DNA from: Hyaloraphidium curvatum SAG 235-1 | Taxonomy: Eukaryota > Fungi > Monoblepharomycota | Direction: 5' to 3' | Length of the DNA stretch: 64,000 nt | Assembly: GCA_025558095.1 (NCBI GenBank) | Contig: JAIVFI010000003.1 | Span: 992,001-1,056,000, forward strand | Part shown: piece after piece, positions 22,097 through 34,760 of the stretch | How the letters are laid out: every line of letters starts with the position of its first letter | Position numbering within the stretch: the first letter of the stretch is position 1 | Position numbers and translations under genes: made by a program | The notes under the pieces: model-generated | Seen by the model: the letters and a program-made list of their open reading frames with translations, nothing else | Told to the model about the DNA's origin: nothing | The model's database searches: none

Positions 22097-22817
22097 TCAG
22101 AAGAAGTTGGCTGGGAGGATGAGGCGGATCAGCAACTTGATGCGGGGACAAAGGCCTGTCCGAAACCCACGCTTCTCGTACTGGACGACGATGGGGTCCT
22201 GCCCCGCCTGGAGAATGCAGAGCTGCATCAGGTTGAACTCCTTGAGGTTGTACAGGAACACGAGCGGGTTGGTGCCCGACGGGGCATCCTTGACCGCGAT
22301 CGCGATGTTGTTGGCCGCATCGACCACGGCCTGATGCCGAACCATCGCGGGGAAATCCGATGAGCCCCGACGGCGAGGAAAGCCGGCGCGGATGTCCCAC
22401 CTCGTAGCTGACCTGCCTGCCGGCGCAGTCGGTGGTTCCCGAAGAGTTCAGGGTGAAGTTGGCAATCTTCTGGGTTTGGCACATTCCGCAGATGCCGCCC
22501 TCCTTGTCCGTGTTGATCTGGAACTTGTTGCCCTCGACGAGGATGTTGTACTTGAGGCCGTAGAGGAGGGCGGCGTTCGAGTTCAAGGTCTTCATACGGG
22601 CCTGCTCCTTCGCGTTGGGCTGCATGTAGAAGTGGCCGTTGAAGTCCTTCGGCACGTGCTTGAGCGCCGTTGCCGGGGTGATGTACACGTCGCTGAGGCC
22701 CTTCAGCGTGGCCTGCGGCGCGCGCGGGCGTCAGAAGCGGGGGAGACAGTCGGGGCGACAGGGGACCCCCACGGCATCGATGGTCTTCAGGTTGCTCAGC
22801 GGGATGTCGGCCGACAT
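22097..22817 (-). CDS. Hypothetical protein (~180 aa); 3 introns
   Basis: Coding-like codon usage and clean GT-AG introns join MSADIPLSNLKTIDA..YITPATALKH..GGICGMCQTQ..MVRHQAVV..YEKPNFF*. No family recognised. Confidence 0.65.
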
Positions 22818-23310
22818 TTCGAACTGGTCAAGGAGCGGGAAAGGAGGGGTGATGGGGGGGTAGAGCGACTTTCAGAGCGTCGGGCAACGGGAAAACAGAG
22901 AGCAGGTTCGGGAAGCGATGCGGTCGCGCGGATCGAAAAGTAAGGGACCCTAAGCCCGTGAAAAGGCAAAAAACGCTAAGGGTGCTAGGGCACGCTAGCA
23001 CTGTCCTGCCATCGAAGAGAACGTTGGAGAACCTTCAAGGGTAGCTGCTCATTGCATTTGAAGCTTATTCTGGAGATTCTACTCAGAATTTGGACCGATC
23101 GGGGAGCTCCCTCGAGCTGACTCCACAGAGCCGATCGTGGCATCCATCCAGTGCCCGCATCCGATACCATTGTCGCAATAGCTGCCTTTGATGGCTTGTT
23201 GATTCAGTCGATGAACGAGATCATCTTCAGACCGGGGGATCGCTCGATCGAACTCGATCCATATCCCGGGGTCCTCCGGGTTGCGACGCCACGAAAACAA
23301 CACCCCAGAC

Positions 23311-24563
23311 ATGGCCACTCCGAGCCCCGCAGAACCGCCTGCGCCCGAGCACGAGCCTCCGCGCTCGCGCTGCCTGACATTCGATCCGGCCCTCGTCGCT
23401 GCCCCCTTTCGGACCGAGATCCAGGCCGCAGTCGCTCGGCTCAAGAGCGCCTCGGGCCGGGAGCCCCTGCTCGTCGGATTCCTGGCCAACGACGACGCGT
23501 CGGCGCGCAAGTACGCGAAATGGACGGCCAGGACGTGTGCAGACCTCGGGATAAAGTACGAGCTGAGGGAGGTGGCCAGGACGGAGGTGGAGGATGCGAT
23601 TATCGCCGCGAACAACGAGGAAGAGGTCGCGGGGATCCTGGTTTACTACCCGATCTTTGGCGTCATGGAGGACGCCTATCTGCAGAACGTCGTGAGCCCG
23701 AAGAAGGATGTTGAAGGTGGGCCGCATCGGCAGCTTCATCCGTGGCAAACTGACCCACAACCGCGGCTCGCCGCCAGGGCTCTGCCATATGTATCGCTAC
23801 AACCTCTACCACAACATCCGATTTCTGGACCCGCCAGCAAACCAGCAAAAGTGCCTACTTCCCTGCACGCCGCTGGCCATAATCAAGATTTTGGAGTACC
23901 TCAACGGTTAGGCGCCTCGCTGTCCCATCTACCCCCGGCAACTCACGGCCCTTCCGCACCCAGTCTATAACCGCATCCTCCCTTACGGCGACCGCCTCCA
24001 TGGCCGGGTGATCACCATCGTCAACCGCTCCGAGGTCGTCGGCCGCCCCCTCGCGGCCCTGCTCGCCAACGACGGCGCCAAGGTCAACAGCGTGGACGTG
24101 ACGGGCTGCCTCGAGTTCACCCGCGGGGAGGGGCTCAAGCTGCGGAGCCACCAGGTCATCGAGACGGACGCGACGCTGGCCGAGGTGCTGCCGCTCTCGG
24201 ACGTCGTGATCACGGGGGTGCCGTCGCCGAGCTACAAGGTGCCCACCAAATACCTGCGGCCGGGCGTGATTGCCATGTAGGTTGCGCTACGGGATGAGAA
24301 GTCGACTGTGTTGACGGTGCCGATCTAGCAACTTCTCTTTCTTCCAAAACTTCGAGGAATCCGAAGTCGCGGAAAAGGCGAGCATCTTTGTTCCCATGAT
24401 CGGCAAGGTCACCGTCAACATGCTGGCGCGCAAGTGGGTACCTCCACGGGCTGCTTCCGCGCCTGTTGTGACCTTGTCAGCCTCCAGCCTCGTCCGCTTG
24501 TACGACTACCAAATCCAGGACCGCCACAAGGAATCCGGCTCGTCGAACGGAACTGCAAGTTGA
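23311..24563 (+). CDS. MTD1: NAD-dependent methylenetetrahydrofolate dehydrogenase; ~4 introns
   Basis: LLVGFLAN, YAKWT, GILVYYPIFG, KDVEG|LCH..YNLYHNIRFLD, LPCTPLA, NRSEVVGRPLAALLANDGA and IGKVT. Confidence 0.92.
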
Positions 24564-24610
24564 AGCAATCTCTGATCATTGGACAAATAGAGCTTTCGCA
24601 TGGCACAGAG

Positions 24611-25797
24611 CTAGATGAGAGGCCCCGGATCTCCCTTCCACAGCCGAAGCCGCATCTTCCACCTCCCGAGCTCCTTCTCCGCCCCCTCCAGCTGCGCTGC
24701 AAGCTCGTCTTTGCGCTTTCGTGCTGCAGGCTTCTGGAGCTGGGATTCAAGAACCGTCTGATGCGGTGCGGTCAGAAACCGTGCCGGATGGACGAACAGG
24801 CGACGCACCTTCTCGCGGGCGTACCGATCCACCCGCTCCTCGATCTCCTTCTTCGTCATGTTATCCGGATTCACTTCCGCTCCCGGCTCGTGTGCCGTGA
24901 TCGGAGTGTCCGCCAGCGTGCTCGAGGAATCAAAGATGCGGCTCCGGCTGTCCTTGATCCGCCGCAACCGCGTCCGGTTGAGGGGCGAGTCGCCCTCGGC
25001 CGCGGCAGGGGAGGAAGGAAAAGGAGCCCCGGTGATCGGGTTCTCGCCGCGGGAGGGAGATCCGCGCTGCGGAGAGGAAAGCGACAGGGCACGTAGGGAA
25101 GGCAAGGGTGGCTGTTCCGAGGACGGGGTATCCCGGCCCGAAGGGGGTCTGGGCGTGTCCGCACGGGACGTGTCGTCGACCAGAGGGTCCCGCGGAATGC
25201 GCGGCGAGTGCCGCGGGCTCAGCCTGTCCCGCGTCGCGTCCGTCAGGCCGTGCATGTGCAGCCTAGCCTCGCGTTCGTGCAGAAGGCGGTTCTCCCGCTC
25301 GAACCGGGCGTTGCTCTCCCTTAACCGCGCGGCGGTGCGGTCCAGGTGGGCGACGGAGGCAAAAAGGCGAGCCGAGCGTTCTCTAGAAGGGGACAGCAGT
25401 CGACGACGAGAGTCGGTGACAAGAATTGCAACGAAGGGAGCAGAGGAGCCCACCTTTCGACGTCAAGCTCCCGCTGCAGCTCGTCCCGCTCCAGCTCGGC
25501 CATCTCCAGCGCTTCGCGCAGGATCGCATTGTCCGCCTCCGCGGCCTCCGCCCGCGTCCGCCAGCCCGCGTCCTTCCCGGCGTCCTCTGCCCGCGCGCGC
25601 CACTCCTCGGCAGCCCGCTGCCAGTGCGCGGCCTCCTGCAGCAACAGCTCGTGCTGCTCGGTCGCCGTGTCGCGGTACCGCGCAAAGTCGGCGAGCAGCG
25701 CGTTGACCTCCGAGCGAAGAAACACCGCGTCCCCGGTCGAAGACACCGAACCCGACGCCGACTGCAGCGACGGCGCGCGCCGCCGGTGGTCCGCCAT
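24611..25797 (-). CDS. Hypothetical coiled-coil protein; introns likely
   Basis: Heptad-rich exons (LREALEMAELERDELQRELD; LRESNARFERENRLL; RKDELAAQLEGAEKEL) separated by GT-AG introns. Confidence 0.6.
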
Positions 25798-25988
25798 AGT
25801 CGCAAGGAGGCAGACGAGACGCGGCTGCTCTACTCGTTGTTGAGGAGGACCGGGGGTTGAATTCGCAGCGAATCAACTGAGAACCGCAAACTCGTCGTTC
25901 TTCTTCACGAGGCCGCCGGACTGAAGGCCCGGCCCTCCATTCGATTCACTCCTCTATTTCTATTGCTCTTGAGCACTCCTGGACGGCC

Positions 25989-27354
25989 ATGGCGGATCTC
26001 CTGTCTCCGCTGGCCAAGGACATTCTGAACCGCGCTTCGTTGCCAGCCGTGTTCGTTGCCGCGGCCACGGGGGGTTCCAAAGCCCTGCTCGACATCCTCA
26101 TCGCGGCCGAAAATGTTGAGGAAAAGTGCGCAGAGCTCCGAGCTGTGACGAGGCAACGGACCGATCCCGAGGAGGACGACGCGCTCCACGGTCCAGACGA
26201 GAACGTCATCGGCCACTCGCCCGCTGAAGTGGCAGCGTCTGCCAACCACGTGGAGTTCCTCAACACGTGGAATGAGAAAGTTGGCCGCTTGCACCTCGGC
26301 GCCTGTTTTCAAGCGGCTCTGGAAGGCTTCGCCGACCGCACATTTGAGTTCATGTTGCTCCACCGCGACGGATTGATTTCGTCCAATCCAGCCGACCGAT
26401 GGGGCGAAAAGGTGCGCTCGCGGAAGGGTGCCCGCGACTTCCTTCTCGATTTGCTCGCCTCGGAGCAGGTAATGGGCGCCCAGCAGTCGTTTCTCTATTC
26501 TGGTCGCATCGAAAACTCGTATCGCGTGCTGTACGAGCACGTCTTTTCCAAGTTCACTAGCTACCCTAACTTGGATGATCAACGGTTTTCCTACAACTCT
26601 GGGAGTCCCATCGTTTTGTATTACGACGCGCTACGAACCCGCGGTGCGCGAGTCCTGCTCGACAAAACGGGCTACAACCACGGGCCGACGCCGCAGACCT
26701 ACCGGTACTTCATGCACCACCTCTTCGCGCACCCCCGTGTGACAGAAGAACTCCGTTTAGTATTCGAGCGATTCCCCCCCCGACGAGAACGACGGGTGGG
26801 CGGCGGTGGCAGATTGCCTGCCTCTAATCGTGAAGAACGCACGCGATCCCTGGCTGTTCCACGTGCTGTTCAAGAACGGTTTGCTCACGGCGGACTCCAA
26901 CCTCCTCGCCCGGCTCCTGTCGGACTTCCCTCCAAGTGACAGTTTCGATGCGAGCTACCTCCGAAACCTCTATTGGACCGTGCGATTGGTGCTCGGCCGC
27001 ATCGAAAACCCCACGGGCAGCGGTTGCAGCTCGCATGATCTTGCGGCGGTGTTGGACCTGGTCAGGCCGAAACCTCAGCGTGCTTGGGAAGGCACCGAAT
27101 CCGGTGCGCTCGCCGGGTTCAGCGGCCTGGTGCGGCTGCTGCTCTTCTATGGGGCCCAGCCGAACCATTCTGCGGTTCGGCGCGCGATGATCTCCGACAA
27201 AGGGCGTCGGTACAAGGGACTCGCAGAGGACGTAAGGAGCGTCGCCGTGTGGAAGCGCTGGATAGATCGGCAGTGCATCGGGAACCTACCGCCGGAGGTC
27301 TCGAAGGAGATACCAATGCTGCTTTGGAGCGATATGCTCCCCGCAGACGTGTAG
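25989..27354 (+). pseudogene. Intronless hypothetical helical protein split by a +1 frameshift in a C8 run (26774-26781)
   Basis: Removing one C gives RFPPDENDGWAAVADCLPL and joins ORFs 25989-26939 and 26806-27354. Contains ankyrin-like LLLFYGAQPN and C-terminal LPPEVSKEI. Confidence 0.6.
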
Positions 27355-27443
27355 GCAATCAGGGGAGTTGTGTTTCGCAAATCGATTTTTGTTGGAGCTG
27401 CATTGCGAACAACAGGCGCGCTTGCCGACCCTCATCCCTGCCG

Positions 27444-28102
27444 TCACTTCCTCCCAAAAGCCCCGGCCTCGATCCCCTTCTTCGCCAGCCCGTAGCAAAT
27501 GATGCCCCACGCGACGAGGTCTCCGAGAGTGCACGCCATCAGCATTGCCCCCATCCTCGACGCGTGCTTGGCGTTCTCGGCCGGCTCCGGGGCCCCCAGA
27601 TTGCCCGCCGACTGCCCCTCCCCGAGCTTGACGACGGCCCCGGTGCGCGCGCCGTAGAGCCACGGCAGCACGTTGAACCACGCGCCGACGTTGGAGGCGA
27701 CCTGGGCGTTCCGGCGCGCGGTGGAGATCGAGAGCGGCCGCCCCGTAGAGAACCGGCAGGAGAGAAACAAAGTCAGGCGGTGCAAGTTCGGGAGGCACGG
27801 TTTGCCCCACCTCGAGCACCTGCGTCGTCCTCGGCCCCAGCCCCAACCACGGCTCAAAGAGCGCAATGAGGCCCAGCATCATGCCGTTTTGGGTCGCCTC
27901 GAGGTGCAGCGTGAGCATGTGCCTAGTGCCAGGGAAAGCTTTCTTGTTGTACATGACGTCGGGGATGGAGGGGACGAGGCCGAAGGCCAGGAACATGGCT
28001 GCGGGACGGCGGCGTTGGCGCGGGAGACGGCGGGCGGGGAGCGGGCCCACCTGCGCCGCTGAGGCCCATGCGCAGCTGGAACGGCGAAGGCAGGGCCGAC
28101 AT
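27444..28102 (-). CDS. Small 4-TM membrane protein, styrene-oxide isomerase (StyC)-like; 2 introns
   Basis: Spliced MSALPSPFQLRMGLSGA|AMFLAFGLVP..TRHMLTLHLEATQNGMMLGLIALFEPWLGL..|VASNVGAWFNVLPWLYG. H-x5-NGMM and W-x-N motifs as recalled for StyC. Confidence 0.65.
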
Positions 28103-28233
28103 TTTGTGGGAACTTTTGCGGGTAGTGGGGCGTAGTGGGGTCCTGGTGAGTCGGGGCTTGGACGGTCCCCGCCGCGGAATGCCTCCCAGGCTATTCCGTC
28201 CACACCATTCCGCGCGGAAAGCACCGCATAACG

Positions 28234-29853
28234 ATGGAATCCGAGTCAACCGCAATGGAATCCTTCGGCGGGACCGTCCAGCAGCCCCTGCCGCGGCTCT
28301 CGGAAAAGGAGCTGCTTGCCCTTCTCCCCGCGCCCACGCCGCACGGAATTCCACCGCCCTGGGTTGCAGCCGGCGGTGCAATTGACTCAGAAGAAGAAGA
28401 AGACGATGATCTGGCGGCATCTGCTCGTCGCGTGTCGCCGCTAACGCCAAAAGCGATGCTGGACTCTTTGGCCACTCACCCAGGCCTCAGGGCCATCGCG
28501 TGGGTCGCAATCAAGTTGGAGCCTTACGGGAAGTATGTCTTCTTGCATTGGATCGCGTGGTGTCTCGTGTTTTTCCCGGTTCTCGCTGTCTGTTGGGTCT
28601 ACGGCGGGGATCTCTTTGGGACGCGGCAACTGGCCTTCGCAACAGCGGCAAGGACGCTCGAGGTCTTCCTCATTGGTCTTGTGTTCATTGGCTCCGGGTT
28701 TCAGCTCCAAAATCTGGAAACGACTAACGGGGGCATGAAACGGCGGCGCGACGAGGAGAAGGGCATATCCGGCAACGACGTCGAACCGCCTGTCATGGAC
28801 GACGACCTCTTGGCTCCTGTGGCGCGATGGCTTCAGCTGGTTGCCGCTTCGGATGCTGCCGGTGCTCAAAATGGTGATGATGTGCCTCCCCTAATTGCTC
28901 ACGTCGACCGCGATCCGTACTGCCCTTGTTCCCGACCTTCGTGCCTTGGCCCTTTGCCTCGTCGGTTCAGCATCGCCTTCGTCGCCTTTTTCTCACTATT
29001 TTCGCTTCCTGCCGCCATTACCATGTACACGATCCTCGGAGCCTACTCTGCGTTGTTTACATTGGCAGCCGATACATGGACGCACGCCTGGAGTGCCATC
29101 GTTTGCGTCATCTTCATCTTGGTGCAGAGTTCCTACTACTGTGTCGCCCAACTGATCCTCCTCCGAAACAACTCTATCGTGCGCCTTGTGAGCCTGGATA
29201 CGCGTGTTCAAATCCGAGCCTTTCGCATCGCGTTGGGCTCCCTTATGGCTCGTTTCCGCGCCGCCGAAAAAAGGGGCGTAGACATTCCCCCGGAATCTCT
29301 GCCGAGCCCCGCCGACACGGAGCTGTACATCACTGTTTATCGCAGCCTTTCACCAACCTGGCGCCATCAAAAGGGCCATGACGGCGTGACACAAGCCATC
29401 ACAATCGGCCTTCTGTTTGCGCACTGCATTGTGCCTTTCGTCTACGTTGCCGGGGGCTCCTGTCTGCCAGCTTACAACATCGTGTGCATCGGTTACTTCG
29501 TGTGCCAAACGCTGTTCCAGCTCGTTGGCCTGGCACGGAGCAACGCGAAGCAGGACGCCGTGGCGGGCCTGTTCCGGCAAGCGCGCGACGAGCTGCGGAT
29601 GCTGGCGCTGCGGCTCGGCCCCGAGGGTTGTCCGCCGCTCAAGGCGCGCGCGAACGATACCGTCGCCGTGCTGACGACGATGCTCGAGGGTGCCGAAGGT
29701 TCGCGCGCGACCTTTCTCCGCGCGCCCGTGTCGATGGCGCTCATTCGGACGCTCGCGGCGACGATGCTGACGGTGACGTTTGCGGCGTTCGGGCTGCTTA
29801 GGGCCGCGGGTGTATACGTGACGGTGCAGAGTGTGTGCTGGCCGACGGCGTGA
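28234..29853 (+). CDS. 7-TM membrane protein, 7TMIC/GRL-like family copy B (intact, intronless, 539 aa)
   Basis: Seven TM segments, HVDRDPYCPCSRPSC, GGSCLP and C-terminal FLRAPVSMALIRTLAATMLTVTFAAFGLLRAAGVYVTVQSVCWP. Confidence 0.82.
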   Translation: MESESTAMESFGGTVQQPLPRLSEKELLALLPAPTPHGIPPPWVAAGGAIDSEEEEDDDLAASARRVSPLTPKAMLDSLATHPGLRAIAWVAIKLEPYGKYVFLHWIAWCLVFFPVLAVCWVYGGDLFGTRQLAFATAARTLEVFLIGLVFIGSGFQLQNLETTNGGMKRRRDEEKGISGNDVEPPVMDDDLLAPVARWLQLVAASDAAGAQNGDDVPPLIAHVDRDPYCPCSRPSCLGPLPRRFSIAFVAFFSLFSLPAAITMYTILGAYSALFTLAADTWTHAWSAIVCVIFILVQSSYYCVAQLILLRNNSIVRLVSLDTRVQIRAFRIALGSLMARFRAAEKRGVDIPPESLPSPADTELYITVYRSLSPTWRHQKGHDGVTQAITIGLLFAHCIVPFVYVAGGSCLPAYNIVCIGYFVCQTLFQLVGLARSNAKQDAVAGLFRQARDELRMLALRLGPEGCPPLKARANDTVAVLTTMLEGAEGSRATFLRAPVSMALIRTLAATMLTVTFAAFGLLRAAGVYVTVQSVCWPTA

Positions 29854-30052
29854 GGTAAATATTGACGCGATCGGCAACGCAAACCGTGACACGCAGGCGC
29901 GATCAATGTCGCTGGACTGAATGCATTGACTCAAGTATCGCCGGGTCCGCTACAAAGTTAAGTGCGGAATTGCCGGTCCATGACGTGGGTTGATGATGTG
30001 AAGGGAAGTCCGTTCAAGTAACTCAATCTATGATCGCGCTGCACTGCGAACA

Positions 30053-33000
30053 TCAGGCCAGCTTCCCGTCGATGTCCATCTCCACGATCGAGCACATGAC
30101 CTCGATCGTCTCGTTCTCGGCCGACGTGAAAGACGGGGACGGGTTCTTGATCCTGCGGCCGAGGATCTGGTCCTGTCCGATGAAGGTGTGTCAAACGAAG
30201 TGGGTAATGCAGCTCGATCACCATGTACCCACCAGCTCCTGCCGCAACCTCGTAAAGACGAAACCGGTCTTGGGCGCGCACTTGAGCATGATGTTGCCGT
30301 CGATCGAAAGGACCTTCTTTGCCGGCAGGACTTCGAGTGCGCCGCCAAAGAGCCCCACGACGGTGCTCGTGCCCACGAGATTGACATCCCAGGCGTAGAC
30401 GCGCGAGGACTTGACCTTGGAGTGCGAGGCAAACCACCAGCGGCCCGGCGGCAGCTTGTCGAACGAGAAAACGCAGGAGGGATGAACAAAGACGGCTTGC
30501 TGGCCTTTGGAGCCCGCCTCGACCAGGTTGTCCTTGTTTGCCCTGTCCCGCACCATCACGTTCGGGTACAGTCCGGAGACGATAGCCGCGTTGACGACGG
30601 CGACAGAGGATGAGCGTCGGTCCAAGGGCGCGGGGAGCAGGCAGAACGCTCCCTCCCCGCGCCGACCTCCGCTCCGCCCTGCACCGGCTTCGAGCGCACG
30701 TAGCTCCGCGGCGTCCGCAAATCCGACCCCGGCAATGTAGCGGTACAGTTGCCATCGCGTCTCCTCGATCAGCTGCATGTTCTGCTCCGACACATAGTTG
30801 CGCATGCACCATTGGCGCAGTGCCGACTGCTTCGTCCCGGGCTGCAGAGCCAGCTCACGCCACCGGCGGTGCACGTTGGCGAGCGTCAGGAGGTCCGAGT
30901 GCCCGACCTTGAAAGGCAAGCGCGCGCGGTCGGCCTCGGCCTCCTTCCCAAAGGGCCGAAGGAAAGGGCTCTTGCCCAGGGAAAGGCTCGCGCAGATCGT
31001 GAGAACGGGGTCCAAGCACTGCAGCAGTGCCCCCGTGATGAGCATCCGGCCCAGATGCACGTCCACAGGTAGGTGGGCGAGGTGGTAGCCCAGCGGCGTC
31101 AGGCTGCCGGCGGTGTCGAGCGCCTGGCACAGGCGCAGCTTGTCCACGGTGCGCTGCACGACGGCCGGCTGGGGCGGGTCCAGCATCTCCGAGAGGAACA
31201 AGGCGACGTCAACGACGCCGGCGAGCTTGCATCGCAGGATGATCTCGTCGAGCGTGGAACGGAGCAGTTCGGGAACAGGGAACTCGTGCATCTGAAGGAG
31301 ACGCTTGTAAGTGAGGTCCGAAAACGGCCTCCAAGGCACTCACCATGCCGTATCGGGCCTTGGTGAATAGTCGCCAGCACGTCCCCTCCCTCACGCGACC
31401 CGCGCGGCCTTTCCTCTGCTCCGCGCTCGCCCTCGAAATCCACACCTCCTTGAGCTGCGTGAGCTGCCGGCGGTCGTCGTACCTGACCTCCTTGACCTTG
31501 CCCGAATCGATCACGTGCGAGCAGTCCGGGATGGTGATGCCCGTCTCGGCGATGTTGGTCGCGATGACGATCTTGCGGACGCCGCGGGGGGGTATCCTGA
31601 ACGCGAGCTCCTGGTCCTGCGACGAGCCCGTCAGGGCCGAGTGCAGGGGTATCAGCCAAAATGCGTCCGGGTCGCGGGCGAGCATGGGGAGCGTCGAGAG
31701 CCGGGAATGGCACCGCCGGATCTCCTGCAGGCCGGGGAGGAAGATGACGACGGCGCCGCCGCCGTCGCGCCCGCCGCATTCGGGCTCGGTCTCGCAGATG
31801 TGCGCGACGAGGTTCTCGATCAGGTCGTAGTTGATGAGCTCCTTGTCGAGCCTGCGGATGATGGCGCGGGTGTCGCGCGAGTAGAGCGCGGGATCGGGCT
31901 CCTCTTCGTCGTCATCCTGCTCCTCGTCCTCTTCCCATTCGAGCTTGACGGTCTTGGAACTGCCCCCCTTGCCCTTGACCTCGACCTTGCCCATGTCCCG
32001 GCGCACGCGGTCCCGCCGCTTGGCGAACTCGGACTCGGGATCCAGCACGTACCCCGTCCTCTGCACCACTTCCTCCAGGAACCGCACCTCGACCGGGAAC
32101 GTCCTCCCCGAGACCGAAACCACGGGCGCGAGCGGGAAGTAGGCCGACAGCTTGGCCAGGTTGATGGTGGCGCTCATGAGCACCACCCGCATCCCCGGCC
32201 GCCGGGGGAGCAGGTCCTTGAGCAGCCGCACGAGGTAGTCCCCGTCCGCCGTGCGCTCGTGCACCTCGTCCACCACGACGCAGGTGACGCCCTTGAGCTC
32301 GGGATCCTGCTCCAGCCGGCGCAGCAGGATGCCGGTCGTGGCAAAGGTGACCATCGTGTCCCTCCCCGTCCTGTCCTCCAAGCGCACCGAGTAGCCGATC
32401 CACGATCCGGGCGAGCCGGGGCCGCTTGGGTCCGCGATCTCCTTGGAAACGCGCTGCGAAAGCGAAGAGGCGGAGATCCGCCGGGGTTGGGTGACGACGA
32501 TGCTCGGCACCTCGGCGTTGGGATCTCCCGGGCCCTCGCCGGGGAACATGATGAGGTCCTCGAGCAGGAACGAAGGCACCTGCGTGCTCTTGCCGCTCCC
32601 GGTCTCCCCCGAAATGATCGTCACGGCGTTGTCACGGATCGTGCGCACGATGTGGTCCCGCATGGCAAAGACGGGCAGCTGCGCCCGCTGCTCCAGGAAG
32701 GCGAGGTAGTCCCGCGACTGCCGCCGCCGCTCGAGCGTGCCGCGCAGCTGCGCCAGGCGGGCCGCGGCGTCCCCACGTTCCGAAATCCCCGCACCGGGTG
32801 CCTCTGCCGCCTTCCCTTCCGCCGCCTCGGCGTCCCCCGCCCGCGCCTTCCCGTCGCCCTTGCTCCCGCCCACCTCCTTCCGCCTGTCCAGCAGCTTCTG
32901 TATCCACCGCGCCCTCTCCTCCTCCCTCTTCCTCTTCTCGTCCTCCCCCTTGCCCTTCTTCTCCTCCTCCCACTGCCCGATCAGGTCCCTGTGCGCCGGC

Positions 33001-34706
33001 GGCAGCAGCCTGTGCAGGTTCAGCTGCGGCACCAGCACGAACAGCGCCAGCGTCGCGAGGTAATCCTGGTTCCCCCTGCCCCCGCCCTCGACCGTCACCC
33101 CGCGCGGCATCTCGAGCACCTTGCCGTCCCACGCGCCCCCGGCGAACCGCACGTCCCGGGAACCCCAGTGCGCGCGGGACTTGGATTTGGCCGCGTACTG
33201 GTTGATCAGCTGCAGGGGGGTCTTGCCGGTCCACGAGGGGGGGATGGGGAGGGAGAGGGTGACCTTGGGCGCGTGGGGCTGCTGCGGAGGCTTGGGGGCG
33301 CGGGTCGGCGAGGAGGGGGCCGGTTCGGAGAAGAGGGCGTCGAGGGAGGGCGCGTCGTCCTCGGCCGCGGCGGGCTGTGCGGGGTCGGGCTGGGCCGGCG
33401 CGCGCTTCCTGCGCCGGAGCCGGCCGAGCACGCCCTTGTCCAGGTCCCAGCCTTCGCCCTTGGGCACCTCTACGCCCATCTCGCCCATGATCTTCCTGGC
33501 CTTGGCGACGCGGCGGAATACCTTCTTGAGCGTCTCCCTGTCCTCGGGCGAGAACTCGTCGAAGAAGGCAAAGGAGTTGAAGAGCTGCACCAGGTTGGCC
33601 AGCGAGCCCTCCAGGGCCTTTGGCGTCGAGGTGTCGATCTCCAAGTACTCCTCGCCGCCGTCGCCGTCCGAGCCCGGGTCGTCGGAATCCGGGTCGGGGA
33701 CCGCGGCCAGGATGCGGGATTTGAGCTCGGCATCGATGTTGCTGCGCGCCGGCGTGCCTTCAGCATCCGTGCCCGTGCCGTCCGGTGTGCCATCCGACCC
33801 CTCCGGCTCGCCGTCGGCTCCCTCTTCGTCCCAGGCCGACGTCGCCTGGTCGGGCGGCGCCGCAGCTTCCGCCTTGACCTCCTCCGGCGCCGGCGTCCCG
33901 CGTCCGGCCTGGCTCGCGGGCGTCGTGCTGCGGACGACCACCCCCGTGATGGCGCTCTTTGCCCCCTGCTCGCGCACGTTCTCGTAGAACTTGTCCGCAA
34001 ACTCCTTGGGCAGCCTGTCGTCCGGCAACGTCATGCACAGGTGCTCGATGAGCCGGCCCAGGTCGTCGTCCGCGGTGCGCTCCATCGCCGCTCGCACGTC
34101 GGCCTCCTCGAATCCGAGGCGCGTCAGGAAGATCGACGACGCGTTGAACCGCCGGATCAGCGCGTCCACCGCGGCCTCCCGCTCCGGAAACGGCCCGACC
34201 TGCGTCCGCGAAAAGTCCCACGTCTTTTTCAGGTGCGCGAGCGCGAGGAACTCGGCCTTGGGCTCGAGCCGCAGCTCCCCGTCGAGCTCGTCCGGCGGCA
34301 CGGGCGCCGTGAGCCGCGCGTACTCGCCGTCCACGCGCTGCGCCTCGACCGGCGTGAGGAGCGACACGATCCGCTGCAGCTCGGGCGGCAGTGGCCGGGG
34401 GGGCGGCGGTGCGGCCTTGATGGGCTTGCCGGCGGCGGCCTTGGCGTCCGCGGGCTTGGGCGCGCCGTTAGGCACCTTCCCGGCTGCGCTGGCCGCCGAG
34501 GCGTCGTCCGCGGGCTTTTCCTCCTCGCCGGTCTTCTTGCGAGGCGCGGAGGTCGTCGCGTAGCCGAGCTTGGCGAGCACCTCCGCCTGGCTCTTCGGGC
34601 CGCCCTTGGCCGGCGCCGCCGCGGATTTCCCCTTTCCGCCGCGGCCGCCTTTGCCCGCCGGGGCCGCCGCCTCGGCCGCGGGCGCCGGAGCCTTCTTCGG
34701 CGCCAT
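30053..34706 (-). CDS. DEAH-box RNA helicase, DHX29/DHX57/DHX36 group; 2 introns
   Basis: GETGSGKST, TQPRRISA, DEVHER, MSAT, IFLPG, ATNIAETGITI, QRKGRAGRV, HA2 and OB-fold. N-terminal UBA-like LGFEEADV and WTGKTP motif. Confidence 0.92.
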
Positions 34707-34760
34707 TGTTTTCGACGCGTCGTTCAGGCAAGGGAATTGCATGCATGCTGAAATCCCAGC

